A DNA stretch of 53,447 nucleotides, taken from assembly GCF_006345805.1 (NCBI RefSeq), contig NW_021833882.1, forward strand, positions 1 to 53,447, given 5' to 3'. A program made the position numbers and the translations under genes. Position 1 is the stretch's first letter, and each line of letters begins with the position of its first letter. The notes below the pieces were generated by a model that worked only from the letters and a program-made list of their open reading frames with translations, ran no database searches and had not been told where the DNA came from. Below are positions 38,935 to 52,853 of this stretch, one piece after another. The DNA is from Octopus sinensis. Taxonomy: Eukaryota.

Positions 38935-39226
38935 CACGTGATCACGTGACCAACCAGACCATCAGATGTTGTTACACATCGCTGGTCACAATGCGTTCGC
39001 ATTGTTTTAGCCTTCGAATGACGCCATCCGCTGGCTAAGCGAGCAGGCCAACAGAAGAAAGAGTGGTGAAAGAGTACAGCAGGGATCACCACCCCCTGCC
39101 GGAGTCTCATGGAGCTTTTAGGTGTTTTCGCTCAATAAACACTCACAACGCCCGGTCTGGGAATCGAAACCGCAATCCTGCGACCGCGAGTCCGCTGCCC
39201 TAACCACTAGGCCATTGCGCCTCCAC
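38935..39226 (-). mobile_element. SINE family B with exact 14-bp TSD
   Basis: atatcttcatttat at 38921-38934 and 39227-39240. Confidence 0.92.
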
Positions 39227-39328
39227 ATATCTTCATTTATATAGAAGTATTTTTCTTTCTGTATTGCGTGTTCGTTTCTTTTTTTGCATCTGTTATTTTA
39301 TTTTAGATCTATATAAACGAAGATATAT

Positions 39329-39762
39329 AGGCGTAGGAGTGGCTGTGTGGTAAGTAGCTTGCTTACCAACCACATGGTTCCGGGTTCAGTCCCACTGCGT
39401 GGCACCATGGGCAAGTGTCTTCTACTATAGCCTCGGGCCGACCAAAGCCTTGTGAGTGCATTTGGTAGACGGAAACTGAAAGAAGCCTGTCGTATATATA
39501 TGTATACATATATGTACATATGTATATGTGTGTGTGTTTATATACGTTTGTGTGTCTGTGTTTGTCCCCCCCCCCCAACATCGCTTGAAAACCGATGCTG
39601 GTGTGTTTACGTCCCCGTAACTTAGCAGTTTGGCAAAAGAGACCGATAGAATAAGTACTAGGCTTACAAAGAATAAGTCCTGGGCTCGATTTGCTCGACT
39701 AAAGGCGGTGCTCCGGCATGGCCACAGTCAAATGACTGAAACAAATAAAAGAGTAAAAGAGT
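39329..39762 (+). mobile_element. SINE family A, full length
   Basis: Family match. Confidence 0.9.
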
Positions 39763-39847
39763 ATATATCCCTTGTTTTGCTGCTTTTGTTTCTACGAAAT
39801 GAGATAATACATTGCTGGACTGTTACTTTACCGAGTTACATCTATTT

Positions 39848-39953
39848 ATCACCCGAAGAGACACGTCTACACCGCCGGATGCTCCTGAACCAGTTGTTAA
39901 GTGTCCCAACCGTGAGGGATCGATGCTAGATTTGTCGAAACAATTGTCGTCAT
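39848..39953 (+). ncRNA. Hammerhead-like motif with CCGAAGA core and ~77-nt stem II domain
   Basis: atcac-CCGAAGA-gacacgtcta...tagatttgtc-GAAA-caattg-TC-gtcat. Confidence 0.55.
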
Positions 39954-40214
39954 TTATATAAATTCTCGTATCTTCCATCTTCCGTCCTTCGTTTGCCATT
40001 TGCCATAACGAATACTGTGAAAGTGACCGTGCTTTACCAGTAAGCAACCAGGTATAAACCATTCGTTTTATTACCTGATATATAATTACGTACATACATA
40101 CATACATATAAATTCATATATGCACACACACATGCATGCATACACACACACATACATACATACATACATACATACATACATACATACATACATACATGCA
40201 TGCATGCATGCATG

Positions 40215-40752
40215 CATGGTGGCTGCCCCCTCGTTATCGAGTATGGCCATTGCACAAAGCTTAATCAATGTTGTTATCGTGCAATGCCTGTGCAAGAAGA
40301 TTTTTTTAAAGTGAGGAAAGGCTGTGCACTGAGTCAATCCCACTCACTAATCAATAGCAGCCATAATCCGAAAAGAAGAACAAGTCAACATCATCGGTAA
40401 CCACCGAGCCGCAGGTTTTATGTCGGAGTTATCCCAGTTACCTTCTCCTAGAAGGATGCCCTAACAAAGGCTAGGAGTCCTTCACTCCCAATGGTTTAAC
40501 CGCGCGATCGGGTATTCAGTCCGATTATTTCTATGTCCCTGCGCATGATACAGCCTTAAGACATTTATTGGATGGCCGTTGACTCTCAAGAGTTCCTCCG
40601 CCCTTTGACGGGTTTTGTTTTTCATCCCGCAGGGTGTCTAATAAACAGCCTCCTCACTTGGTGGGGTTGCCGGTTTAGTCGCCGACGACCCGACCATGCA
40701 ACAGGTTGTACTGGGTTACATGTTACCAGTAGCACTCGAAAGTGACCTGACA
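40215..40752 (-). mobile_element. Probable non-autonomous RTE derivative (5'UTR joined to 3' end)
   Basis: Minus strand has gggcatccttctaggagaaggtaact (RTE 5'UTR-like) and ends atggccatactcgataacgagggggcagcc (RTE 3'-end-like) before a short-repeat tail; similarity recalled, not computed. Confidence 0.5.
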
Positions 40753-40789
40753 TGCATGCATACATACATACATACATACATACATACAT

Positions 40790-40832
<43 letters not shown>

Positions 40833-40949
40833 AAGAGACAGAGAGAGAGTGAGTGAGTAAGAGACTGAGAGAGTAATTGAGAGAAGAAGAAAGTGACTGA
40901 GAAGAGATCGAAGGTTGACGTTTTTTGATGAGAATAATATGAAGGATAT

Positions 40950-41081
40950 CCTGCCGGAGCCTCGAGGAGCTTTAGGTGTTTTTCGCTCAATAAACACTCA
41001 CAACGCCCGGTCTGGGAATCGAAACCGCGATACTACGACCGCGAGTCCGCTGCCCTAACCACTGGGCCATTGCGCCTCCAC
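40950..41081 (-). mobile_element. SINE family B, head and start of body only
   Basis: gtggaggcgcaatggcccagtggttagggcagcggactcgcgg... Confidence 0.85.
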
Positions 41082-41445
41082 TAAATTAGTTTGCTATAGC
41101 ACAGACAAATCTGGTAGCTAATAAGGAAAACACCAGCTTGGCAGAAAAGTATCGCTTGTTTACAAACTTCACATACGTTGCCCCAACCATTTCCCCCAAG
41201 ACCATTGCGATTCTTCTGACAGAGTGACTTATGTGGATACTTGTATTGTTTGGAGATAAGACCATTTTGCAGAAACCTTGCGACGGAATGGTTTGATTAT
41301 TTTACACTCATTGCTGCTGCAGTCACTAATCTTGACAGACTTACCTGTTATCTTCGATACTGCCATTGAAAAACACACCAATACCTGGTCTACAATCCTC
41401 ATACGTGTAACTGAAAGTAGAATGATTGTCACTAATAAATATTTC

Positions 41446-41871
41446 GGATCTTTTCGGTTTGACCGGCAGCTTTTAAAATAATTTCCACGTAACTAAACAC
41501 TTTTAAACTTCGTATACTGGTAGAATGTGTTTATAAAACATCTTTTTCTCTTGGCTTTATTGAAAAAATTCTAGAGTTTGTAAGATATTTGTTGGTTTTT
41601 TTTCTTCAATTTCTGCAATTTCAACCAATCACTGACGTCTATTGAGGTAAAAAACATTCTGGGCCGTGAATATGTCCCTCGTTTAAGAAACAGATTGGGT
41701 TTATTTACATTTCTGAAGAAAAAAAAGATAGCCTTCCCCCCACCCCTAACCGTAACTAACCCTAACCCTAAAACAGATTGAAATGCAATAGATCGATACT
41801 AGGGTCATAATTATGGGTGACAATTTCATATGACACCGCTAGAAAATCTGCCGTTTAAACCGAAATGATCC
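41446..41871 (+). mobile_element. Complete Merlin-like MITE with exact 8-bp TSD
   Basis: aatatttc at 41438-41445 and 41872-41879; GGATC...GATCC termini. Confidence 0.9.
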
Positions 41872-42120
41872 AATATTTCAAAGGGAATATTCCATGGCTC
41901 ATTCAGTGCTTCTATTTATTTTGCATCTAAATTCAGTGTTTTCTTTCACAAAAATCCACTGGTTATATGCTAGGGTCTACAACAGTTAGAGATATTAATG
42001 TAACCTCGAACTTCTTTGGAGATAATCTAAAGATCTATGCTTGAAATATTTACAATGCTGAGGAGCAGGATTTACTGGCATTCACTCTTGATGCACAGAC
42101 GAAACTTGGCCAAAAGATAT

Positions 42121-43147
42121 TGTTACGGAACCACCCGTCGTCGCCCGTCCCGAACGGCTCACACAAGTTCCGCCACGGAACCCAAAGAGGCGGAGAGAGG
42201 AGATACAGATAGATACTGCCACAACCTCAACAGCACAGAGATACAGAGGCACAATCCGAGATACAACCCAAAGAGGCAAGGCAACAACTGGCAACACTGG
42301 CTTATATTCAAACAACAGTTTATACGACAATTACAATTGTTACAACATCAAGATACATCAAAGCATGCACGTGACTACTCAATACATAATACAACAGCAT
42401 TTCAAGAGTACAACTCAAAGCATAATACAACATCATGTAACAATTCAAGAGTACACGTCCAAGACAACAGTTCTTTAAGTCTCTTCCTAAACATCACAAT
42501 CAACAAGTCCTTTACTCTTCTTCTTCACAATGTCCTTTATCGACCACATCGACAGAGTCCTTGACTGTTCTTTTCACTGTTCAATACACCGTGACACATA
42601 TCAATGCACAAACACATACCTCAATTCCTAATTGAATCTGCCAGTGTCCCATTCCTCTCAATACTGCTAATTCCCTTCTGTGCCGCCAAGCTTTCTCGCA
42701 TCCAACTTGCTCCTAAGAATTCCAACGCTTGCTCCTTAAATCCAAGGTCCGTCTGTCTTCTTCGAGGACCGGCCAGCGACTGCCCTTCTTGACGACCAAC
42801 TGCGAACTACCAGACCTCACTTCGTCTCTGTCCTTCTTCCACTCCCCTCATCTCCCTCTGTCTATATCGCCTGCTGTCTCTTAGCCTCTCCATCCGTCCC
42901 CTACTGCTTATACCCTATCTCTATTTGCTCTCAGCCCTTAATCTGTCCCTTTTCTCTTACTGTCAATACCCTCTCCATCTGCTCTTAGATTCCCTTAATC
43001 TGTCTTCCTCTTTCACATTCTCACTGACCCTCTTATCAACCACACGAGGTCACAGGTCATTCCAAAACCCATCAGTCCTCCATTAGACAAAGAACCCGTC
43101 ACATTTCACCAGACATCATGGTGCCATTATTCCTATGTGGGTCACCA
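42121..43147. mobile_element. Solo LTR (~1.03 kb), TG...CA
   Basis: tgttac...gtcacca with near-TSD gatat/gaaat; sharp compositional boundaries; no internal retroelement ORF. Confidence 0.65.
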
Positions 43148-43804
43148 GAAATGCACCTAGCCAACCGTAACAATATATTCAAATTGATAATTAAATGTAG
43201 AGAAACTCTTCCCTACAAACCCTACAACAATAGTCTCTTTCCTTCTCTCCTTTTGCACACAATGAATGCTATAAACATCTAAATATTGATGAAAACATGA
43301 AACAAAAGTGCTGTCAAGAAAAAATGACAAATATAGTAGTTGGAGCTTTCCCCTTACAGCAAGAAAATAACCCACAATTCATTGCGGTAACAGCATTGAT
43401 AGCAACATTTGAGATACTTGACTGGTCTACTGAAGAAATCCTTTCTATAGTTCTTGAAGCCCACCAGATCCTGACATTAACTGCAAACTTCACAGAAACA
43501 GTGATCTCGACAAACTCTATTTTAGAAGGAAAATGTCAAGAAGATCAGTGCAGACGGCTTTTGAGTGTCGTCTGGTACCGCTCAGACAGCATCTGCTAAA
43601 CAATAGCAGCAAAAATGAACCACTAAGTCCTCAAAAGTTTAGTAAATAGCATCCCACACGTCGGTAGTAAACGGCTTAACAAATACCTACTTCTCGGTGA
43701 CATCTCATGAAAACCCTGGATTACTTTTTCTCAACAAAACTGAAAGATACTTTGCACACCACAGAAAGGTTCCCATAAACTTCACGACGATGATAATATT
43801 GATG

Positions 43805-44247
43805 TCAAATTTTGGCCCGAGGGTAGCAATTTCTGGGGAAGGATAAGTCGATTATATCGACCCCAGTGTTCGACTGGTACTTATTTTATCGGCGTCGAAA
43901 GGATGAAAGGCAAAGTCGATCCTGACGGTATTTGAACTCAGAACGTAAAGTCGGACGAAACATCACTAAACATTTTGTCCGGCATGCTAACGATTCTGCC
44001 AGCTCACCACCTTAATGAGGAGGATAATATTAATATGGAGTGTAAGGTGGTGAGCTTGTAGAATCGTTAGCACGCCGGGGAAAATTCTAAGCGGTTTTTC
44101 GTCCGACTTTACGTTCTGAGTTCAAATTCCATCGAGTGCAACTTTGCCTTTCATCCTTTCGTGGTCAACAAAATTAAGCACTAGGAGCGATGTATTCGAC
44201 TTTACCCCTTCCCCTAACTTGCTGGCCTTGTGCTAAAATCTGAAGCC
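43805..44247. mobile_element. Two head-to-head SINE family C copies: 43805-44013 (-) and 44044-44247 (+)
   Basis: Family match; the right copy has TSD aatattaatatgga at 44026-44039 and 44248-44261. Confidence 0.8.
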
Positions 44248-44289
44248 AATATTAATATGGAATATAACCTCAATAAGATTCATGACAAC

Positions 44290-45160
44290 TACATTACATG
44301 ACATCTCGAAGGTTATACTTTTCCAAGCCGAGAATAGTAAGAAATCACTACGAAATATCTAATGGACAAAAGAGATAAAGAAAAACCCTTCCCCACTCCC
44401 AAGATACGCCCGAAAATATTGATTACGTCCCTCGTCCATGGAAGACATTGCATGTGCGATCAGCAACTGTCCAAAAGTGTTATTAAGGTACCACCTTTTA
44501 TTGCGATATGATGTTGTTGCAAAAACAATATGCAATGCTAATATTAGAAAAGACTGTCCTGAAATAAACATAGGCAATGCCTCTGCTATTGAATGAATAC
44601 ATATCGTCAGAAGGAATATTGATGGAACAGTCTCAAAACTTTCTCTGGGGAATATAACAGGCATGATATAGTTATTTTGGATAGAAAGAAAAACATCATG
44701 TACATTCATAAAGGTCAACGGCTTGTGGATAAAGAACTACTTCCAAAATCCGTGAAAAGGAAAATATTTCTGGTCAACTGTTTCGAAACCTGCAGCTACT
44801 CTATCCTGGTTATATATTCACATTAAAGGCGGCGAGCTGGCAGACACGTTAGCGCGCCGAGCGGAATGCTTAGCGGTGTTTTGTCTGTCGTTACGTTCTG
44901 AGTTCAAATTCCGCCGAGATCGACTTTGCCTTTCATCCCTTCGGGATCGATAAATAAAAGTACCAGTTTCGCACTGGGGTCGATGTAATCGACTTAATCC
45001 CTTAGTCTGTCCTTGTTTGTCCTCTCTATGTTTTGCCCCTTGTGGGCAATAAAGAAATATATATTCACATGTATACTAATAATTATTGGTACACTGAGTA
45101 AGTGCTTAAGGGACAACCTAGAAAGGTTAGGATTTTCAAGTAAAGAAAATATTCAGCTAA
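44290..45160 (+). pseudogene. Decayed RLE-LINE zinc-knuckle/endonuclease region interrupted by a SINE
   Basis: MEDIACAISNCPKVLLRYHLLLRYDVVAKTICN resembles the E...H....C...Y..RHD motif; later IIIGTL. Confidence 0.5.
44824..45057 (+). mobile_element. SINE family C monomer with exact 13-bp TSD
   Basis: tatatattcacat at 44811-44823 and 45058-45070; defines the monomeric form. Confidence 0.92.
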
Positions 45161-45179
45161 CACCTGCTTCATAAAAACT

Positions 45180-46555
45180 GTCTTTAATCAGAACAAACTG
45201 CACAGGTTCTTCCTATTGTTTCACTTCAGCTTTGGTTCGGACGCCTGAAACCCATCGCATATAATACTTAATTAGGCGAGTTTCTTACCTGTGACAGCTC
45301 ACCTTTGCCATCGCTCTGTATCATAGGTCAAAGTTTTCCAACTGGTGTTTAATAAACGTCTTGAGCACTTCTGGCGCAACCTCTCTCATGTATTTTGATG
45401 TGTCATCGACACAAGGCCCGTGTCTCGGTTGAACAGGATAGGAATGTGATGACGCAAGCAGTATGAAATGCAAAACTTAGAGTAAAGTTCCTCTCTGACC
45501 CGACTTGCTTTTCTTCTGTCGTTGAAGCCTTCTCAATACTTGGGATACATTTCTGGAAACAGAGCTGCTCCCAACACACACACGAAAGAACGAACTTCAT
45601 CAAGTTCTGTTCCTGGACAAATACATTCGGTTCCACTCTGCAGCAGATGGAAACCATCATAGTATTTTTATGGCTTATTGTATGTCCAAAAGAAGTACAT
45701 GTGGAATAAACGTTCGCTATTTTTAAATATCTCGCTTCGAATGAGCCACAACATCACAACCTTCTATATAGCGCTACTCACGAGCAAAAGGTCTTTCATT
45801 TAGCGTTGAAATAATTCCGATAAACAATTTATTTGTTATTCAATAATGGACAAAGATACCGAGATAACAGTCCCAAAACGTAGAAGTTATCTTTATATAT
45901 AAAAGTTTAACCAAAACCGGGTATCTTATAGTCGTGATTCATATCGAACCCTTCTGGGTATTAGCGCGCGTCTACGATGAGTCTACGATGAGTCTACGAT
46001 GAGTCTACGATTTAAAAAATAATTTACCATCATTTTTTTCCATTTTAATGCATTTTTTCGCTATTATATAAGGAAAGTAACTCTCTAAAAATGTCTACGA
46101 TGAGTCAACGATTTAAAAAAATTTACCATCATTTTTTTTCCATTTTCAATGCATTTTTTGATATTTTTTGGCTATAACTCTCTAAAAATGCTTATATAGT
46201 TATTTCCCTTACAAACCCGAGCAACGCCGGGCGATACTGCTAGTTATAACTAAAATATAAAGTTGCTGCATTTAAATTTTCTTGTTTAAAACCAATGTCC
46301 ACTACAATCGGTTCTCACATCGCATAATTTGAGTTGCAACAGGCCTTCATACCAATCGTTGGACTAAACATACCTACAACCTAAGGTGGGCACCTCAACT
46401 TTCTGAAGATTCTCTGCAGTACCCACAGGACAAAGAACTTCGTTAGATCAACGAAAACTTGGTTAAAGAGGCGTCTGTCTATGTTCTATGCACTTCTCTT
46501 GCACTAAAGATCGTATCAGTGGTACCTCTCCCAGATCTAAAAACCACACCGGTAA
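45180..46555 (-). pseudogene. Decayed RTE-clade reverse transcriptase, interrupted by a Helitron
   Basis: CGFRSGRGTTDTIFSARE / QEKCIEH / VFVDLTK...; downstream QKCSRRLLNTSWK. Confidence 0.7.
45890..46243 (+). mobile_element. Non-autonomous Helitron (354 bp)
   Basis: A|TC 5' end, 3' hairpin cccgagcaacgccggg, CTAG|T end, no TSD; internal 11-bp tandem gtctacgatga x ~4. Confidence 0.85.
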
Positions 46556-46574
46556 TTGTACAACAATGAACGGA

Positions 46575-46613
<39 letters not shown>

Positions 46614-46656
46614 GATTATGTGTGTATTATATATTATATTATATATATATTTATAG

Positions 46657-46719
<63 letters not shown>

Positions 46720-47048
46720 GCAATATATTATATATATATACATATACATATATATAGACATATATATACATATACATATATATATATATATACATATACA
46801 CACACATATATACATATATACACACACACACACACATATATATATATACATACATACACACATATATGTGCATGTATAGATATGTACGGTTTTCGTGTGT
46901 ATGTGTATGTGTGTGTGTGTGTGTGCGTATGTATTAGAAGCACGTATAAAGAATTTACATGAATACTGACACAACGCAACACACACACACACACACAGAC
47001 ATACACATACGCGCGCGCGCTTATGTATATATTTAAGCTGCACATATA

Positions 47049-47081
<33 letters not shown>

Positions 47082-47581
47082 ACATCAATGTGCGTGTATT
47101 TAATCTAGGCGCTGCCAAAGTGCTCTGTTAACAAATGAGCTAGAGCTAATTACATACTTGCATTTATACATACATACACACACATACGCATATATATATA
47201 TATATATACTATATATATATATATACATTCAATCATACGTGCTTACATACACACACGTAGACACACATGCATATTTGCTTCTGTTGGTGTCAATTACTGA
47301 GTGTATGTATGTATATGAATGTATGCGTATGTGTGTGTGTGTTTTGTGTAGTGTGTATGAGAACTTCTTTGCAAAGAGAGGTGAAGTGTGCGCTATAAGT
47401 GCTTTCGATGAGTATGTGTGTGTGTGCGTGTGTGCGCGTGTGTATGTACATGTATATGTGTGGGTGTATATGTGTATGTATGTTGTGTTTGTGCAATTTC
47501 GCTTTGTGTGGATGTCAAGCTAATTGTTCAGTGTCTGAGGAGGGTGTGTGTGTGTATATACATGCGCATATAAGTGGGCGC

Positions 47582-47613
<32 letters not shown>

Positions 47614-47641
47614 CATACATACACACACACATATATATATA

Positions 47642-47686
<45 letters not shown>

Positions 47687-47931
47687 GTGTGTGTGTGTGT
47701 GTGTGTATATAAATGCGTATGTATGTGTGTATGTGCGTGTGTATCTGTGTGTGTGAATAACGAAAAATGTGTCAGTGAATGAATATGTATGTGATCTTGT
47801 CCTCTAATTTAAAAGTACAATGTACTGTATTAGTCTCAGTGGAGTGAAAGACGTGTGTGCGTGTATATATATATGTGTGTATGTGAGTGTGTATAGGTAT
47901 ATGTATATATGTATGTATATATATATATCTA

Positions 47932-47970
<39 letters not shown>

Positions 47971-48623
47971 CATACGCACACACGCACATATACATATATA
48001 TATACAGACATATCCGCACAAATATATATATATATGTATATACACATGTATATGTATGAAGATGTGTGTATGCATATACATGAGCGCGCGTGCACACGCA
48101 CGTGTACGTATGTGGCGAAGTTAAGACGTATTTACGCATGTGTGCGAACATCCCTACACGTCTCTTGTGCGAGTGCACACTCGCACTCATCGCTGAGTGC
48201 GAGTGCGCGCTCATCTTCAATAACGAGACTCCACGTATTTGTATAGAACAACAAATATAAATTTAGATCAAACGTGTGTGGCGCTAGTTGCGTGCGTGCC
48301 TGTGTGTATCCGTGGGTGTATATACACGCGCATGTGTGTGTATGTGTGTTGTGTGTCTATGTATGAATACGTGTATGTCTATGTATAAGAGTGTGTGAAT
48401 TTATGTGTATGTCATGCGGGTGTGCGAATGTGTGTATGTGTCTATGTATGCATGAATGTGTATGTGTGCCTCTGTGTCTGTATGCATGTATGCACATATG
48501 TTAGTCTGATTGCATATACACCCGTTTGTATCTCACTACGGGTGTGACTGAATAACTGTGTGTGTATGTTGTTATACTATGTATGTAAATAATTCGTATA
48601 TATCACACAGATACATGCACACA

Positions 48624-48702
<79 letters not shown>

Positions 48703-50011
48703 GCACACAAATTTATGTATGTACGTGCGTATGTATGTATGTATGTATATATGATGTATGATGTGTGTATGTATGTATGTATTATATGTATGTTGGTATG
48801 TGTGTATGGATGTATGTATGCATGTATGTATGAGTATGTATGTATTATGTATGCATGTTATGTGTGTATGTATGTATGTATGTATGTATGTGGATTATGT
48901 AGGTATGTGTGTATGTATGTATGTATGTATGTATGTATGTATGTGTGTATGTATGTATGTGTGTATGTATTTATGTATGTATGCATGTATGCATGTATGT
49001 ATGTATGTATGTATGTATATATATATGTGTGTGTAGAGAGAGAATGAGAGAAGGAGTAAGCGAATATGAATGTGAATGACTATCTGAGCGTGATGGTGGA
49101 ATGGTATGGGTCCGGGGGGGTATATAGGTAGGGAGTAGTAGTAGTAGTAGTAAAATTGTAGTAATATAGCAGTAGTAGAACGAGGGAGGAGGAGGAGGAG
49201 GAGGAGTAGTGGGGAAGTGGAGAAATTGATGGGGGAGGTGGAGGTGAGGGTAGTGGTGGCAGGTGTTCAATAGGAGGGAGAGAGTGGGGTGGGGTGAGGG
49301 GTGGGCCATACCCGAGATAATATTTTGTGTTTTTTTATATATAAATATGAAAGTCTCATACATTAAGAAGAATCAAACTTCAATCTTTTAAACGCACACA
49401 TACACACACATATACACACATGCATACACACATAAACACAGAAACGCACGGTTATACACACACACATTCATACATATATAGACACTCGCATACATACACA
49501 CACATCCATACACACGCATACACACACACACATTCATACACATATAGACACACGCATACATACACACAGATACACATATAGTCACACGCACACATACACA
49601 CACGGTTATACACACACATTCATACACATATAGACACACGCACACATACACACAGATACATATACACACATAGACACATCCACACACACACACACATGCA
49701 CAAACATACAGATACGACACGTACATCTTAATACGCACACACACACATATACATATTAATACACGCACACACGTCTATATATACACACACATATATATAT
49801 ATACGCATACACATCCACCCACCCACATATGTACGTATATATATATATATATATCCATAGACATACACACAGATACATATTTATAGAATTACACAGCGCA
49901 CCTGCTCCATCATCACCCTTACTACCTTAACAGTGTAGGTGATAGTGGTGGTGGTGGTGGTGGCAGTGGTGGTGATGGTGGTGATGGTGGTGGTGGCGGC
50001 GCTGAGTGAGG

Positions 50012-50040
50012 CCTTATAAGGCGGATATACAGTGACGTCA
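50012..50040. promoter_or_regulatory. Candidate CArG box (CCTTATAAGG) + Ets-like CGGAT + CRE (TGACGTCA)
   Basis: Exact CC(A/T)6GG match at 50012-50021 and TGACGTCA at 50033-50040; function not shown. Confidence 0.4.
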
Positions 50041-50988
50041 TAAGCATGGTAGCATGGCACACGCTTGCTCCTTCAGTGCGTTAGCGTAAAGGGGAAAACA
50101 CATACGCGCACACATATACACACATACACACACACAAATACATACGCATACACACACCCACAAATACATACACACACACACAGAGATTAATAGATGTGTA
50201 CATATATCTATACATATACACAACACCCCCCGCGAATAAATACGTATGTATACACCTAAATATATATATGTATACGCGTTAATATATATATATATATGTA
50301 TTTATACATTTAATGCAACACACATATACACACATCAATACTAACGTATTTATACACACACACACGCACACACATGCACATATACATAGTCCTAAGCACA
50401 CACGCACACACGCACACATATAGCGCGCACTCTAAAAATGGTGGAACCAGCGAAAGAAAAAGAATTTCTTCGAAAGAAATATCGCGTGGAAGAAGTGCTG
50501 AAGAAAAAGTTTAAGATGTGTGATGGAGGTTTATTCGAAGGTAAGTGTGGTGTCGATGAGTTTTTGTGGAGTGAGAGAGGGGCGTTGTGGTCAGGGCTTT
50601 CGTTGTTGAACTACAAGACGTGAAGGGAAGGGGGGGGAGCACACCACAAATACAGAGCTGTATGCGTGTGTGTGTGTGTGTGTGTATGTATTTCATGGGT
50701 GGATGTAAGGATATCATGTCTGTGTAGTAGTACATGTATATATATATATATATACATACATGTATGTATACATACATGTATGTATACTGTGTGTGTCTCT
50801 GTATGTATGTATATACAGACACACATATATATATATATATACTTATTTGTGTATACACATGCGTGTATGTCTCTAGTGCTTTTTTCTTATCTTTTATACA
50901 TACATGACTTATACATACACTTTCTCTCTCTGTCTCTCTTGGTATATATGTATGTACTGAGAAATACAAATATATATATATGTGCGTG

Positions 50989-51036
<48 letters not shown>

Positions 51037-51369
51037 TACATATACCCACCCAATATAATGCAACCTGTTTAAAGATATGCGTATGCGAGAATGCATGTGT
51101 ATATTATTAATGTGTGCATCTATATATGCGAGTGTATTTGTATATGTGTGTGTATGTATGTATGTGTTAAGCAATATACACAACTTCACAATAATTTTAA
51201 ACTGAAGAATAAATTTCGTGTACATGAATCTGAAACACGTCTATCGCTAGCCGGGTATTATACATATATATAAAATATATATATATATTTATTTATATAC
51301 GGGCATTACTGTACATAATTCTATAAACATTTTATCTATTTTAAAATTTTATAACATATATATATATAT

Positions 51370-51421
<52 letters not shown>

Positions 51422-51548
51422 TTATGTATTATGTATACACATACACCGGGTACATCTACACCCGTGTTTGTCGTTTTTATAGAGATACCTATGTGTGCAT
51501 TACACGTGTACATAAGTATGTAACGCATGTCTGTAAATTCTCTCAGTG

Positions 51549-51585
<37 letters not shown>

Positions 51586-52143
51586 ATATATATACGTATG
51601 TATGTTTCCATGTTTAGTGCGTGTTTGTGTATTTATAACACTAATATTATGCCTATGTAGTGTTAATGCAACAACATACCGTATTATTCTCTGTATAGAA
51701 TATATAATATATATATACACTCTCTCTCTCACACACAACACACCACTTACTCATACACACATTTGAATTTATGAAAATTGACGTGTGTTTGACTTGTGGT
51801 TTACAAAGGAAATATAATATTCATGTTTATGTGTGTGAATATAGATAACACCATAAACATACAGTATATTTATGTGTGTTATGTGTGTACACATATATAC
51901 ACGTGTGTATTATACGTGTTGTAGATGGTGATTTGTGTATGAAGGATCGTGTGCTCCGACCGTGGAATGGCAATGTCGCAATGAGACATCCACCCGACAG
52001 CTTGTTTGTGAAGTCGGGTGGCACAGAAATAATTAGATTGCTCTGTCTTACTAATATCTTCGCTGCTATTCTTCCTACCCACCCACCCTCCATACATATA
52101 CCTACTTACATTTCCACCCACCTACACATCTATCTACCCACCC

Positions 52144-52177
<34 letters not shown>

Positions 52178-52853
52178 TTACATACATATGTACATATGTA
52201 CTTTCTACCTGCCTACTTACCTACCCACACACACGTACAAAAATCCATCCATTTTGTGCTGCTACAGGATTTCTACCCTTGGGTACCTGAAATATTTTTC
52301 ACCCAGCACATCCATCCCTTTTATACCATAAGTCTGGCATAGAAGTTGATGTTGCTTTCAGCTCCATTCAAGTGTTTCGCCCCTGTTTGGTAAGCATTGT
52401 CGTGGTACCCTCTCCATCTCGGGTTGCCTTTGGCTGTCAAGGAACCCACCCGACCCACATTTAATCCTCATTTAAATAAAAAAAAAATCTAACTGGCTGC
52501 CCACCCACCTTTCTCTGGACAGTGGGGACGAGTTTAGTTACCCACCACTGGACCATGAACAACTAGTACGTAACCATGGGGTTACCAGTAGCAAATGTCC
52601 ATCGGCCTGGCTAGGCATTCACACACACACACACACCACACACATGCCTACCTACTTTCACCCCTACATCATGGTATTCCTACATACCCCCTCACCTACC
52701 AATCTACCAAATCTACCCACATATCCACCTAACTACTACCTCTCTACATATTTACTCACCTACTTACCAAATTACCTACATACCTACCTGGCTAAATGCC
52801 TGCCTATCTACCCGTTACACCCTAGGTGGTGATCTCTCTGTCTTGTTGGGTAT

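Larger units (their letters stand above)
38690..40000. mobile_element. Inverted pair of Penelope-like terminal-repeat copies, each later hit by a SINE
   Basis: 38690-38934 plus 39227-39248 (-) mirror 39300-39328 plus 39763-40000 (+); each arm carries a hammerhead-like motif. Confidence 0.65.

Noticed and set aside
40990-41081. Functional tRNA gene (also 6520-6593, 34483-34555, 39150-39226)
   Set aside because: tRNA-like heads run directly into SINE bodies, without a proper acceptor stem or terminator.
42037-42564. 175-aa ORF
   Set aside because: Crosses the boundary of the solo LTR, has biased composition and no recognisable domain.
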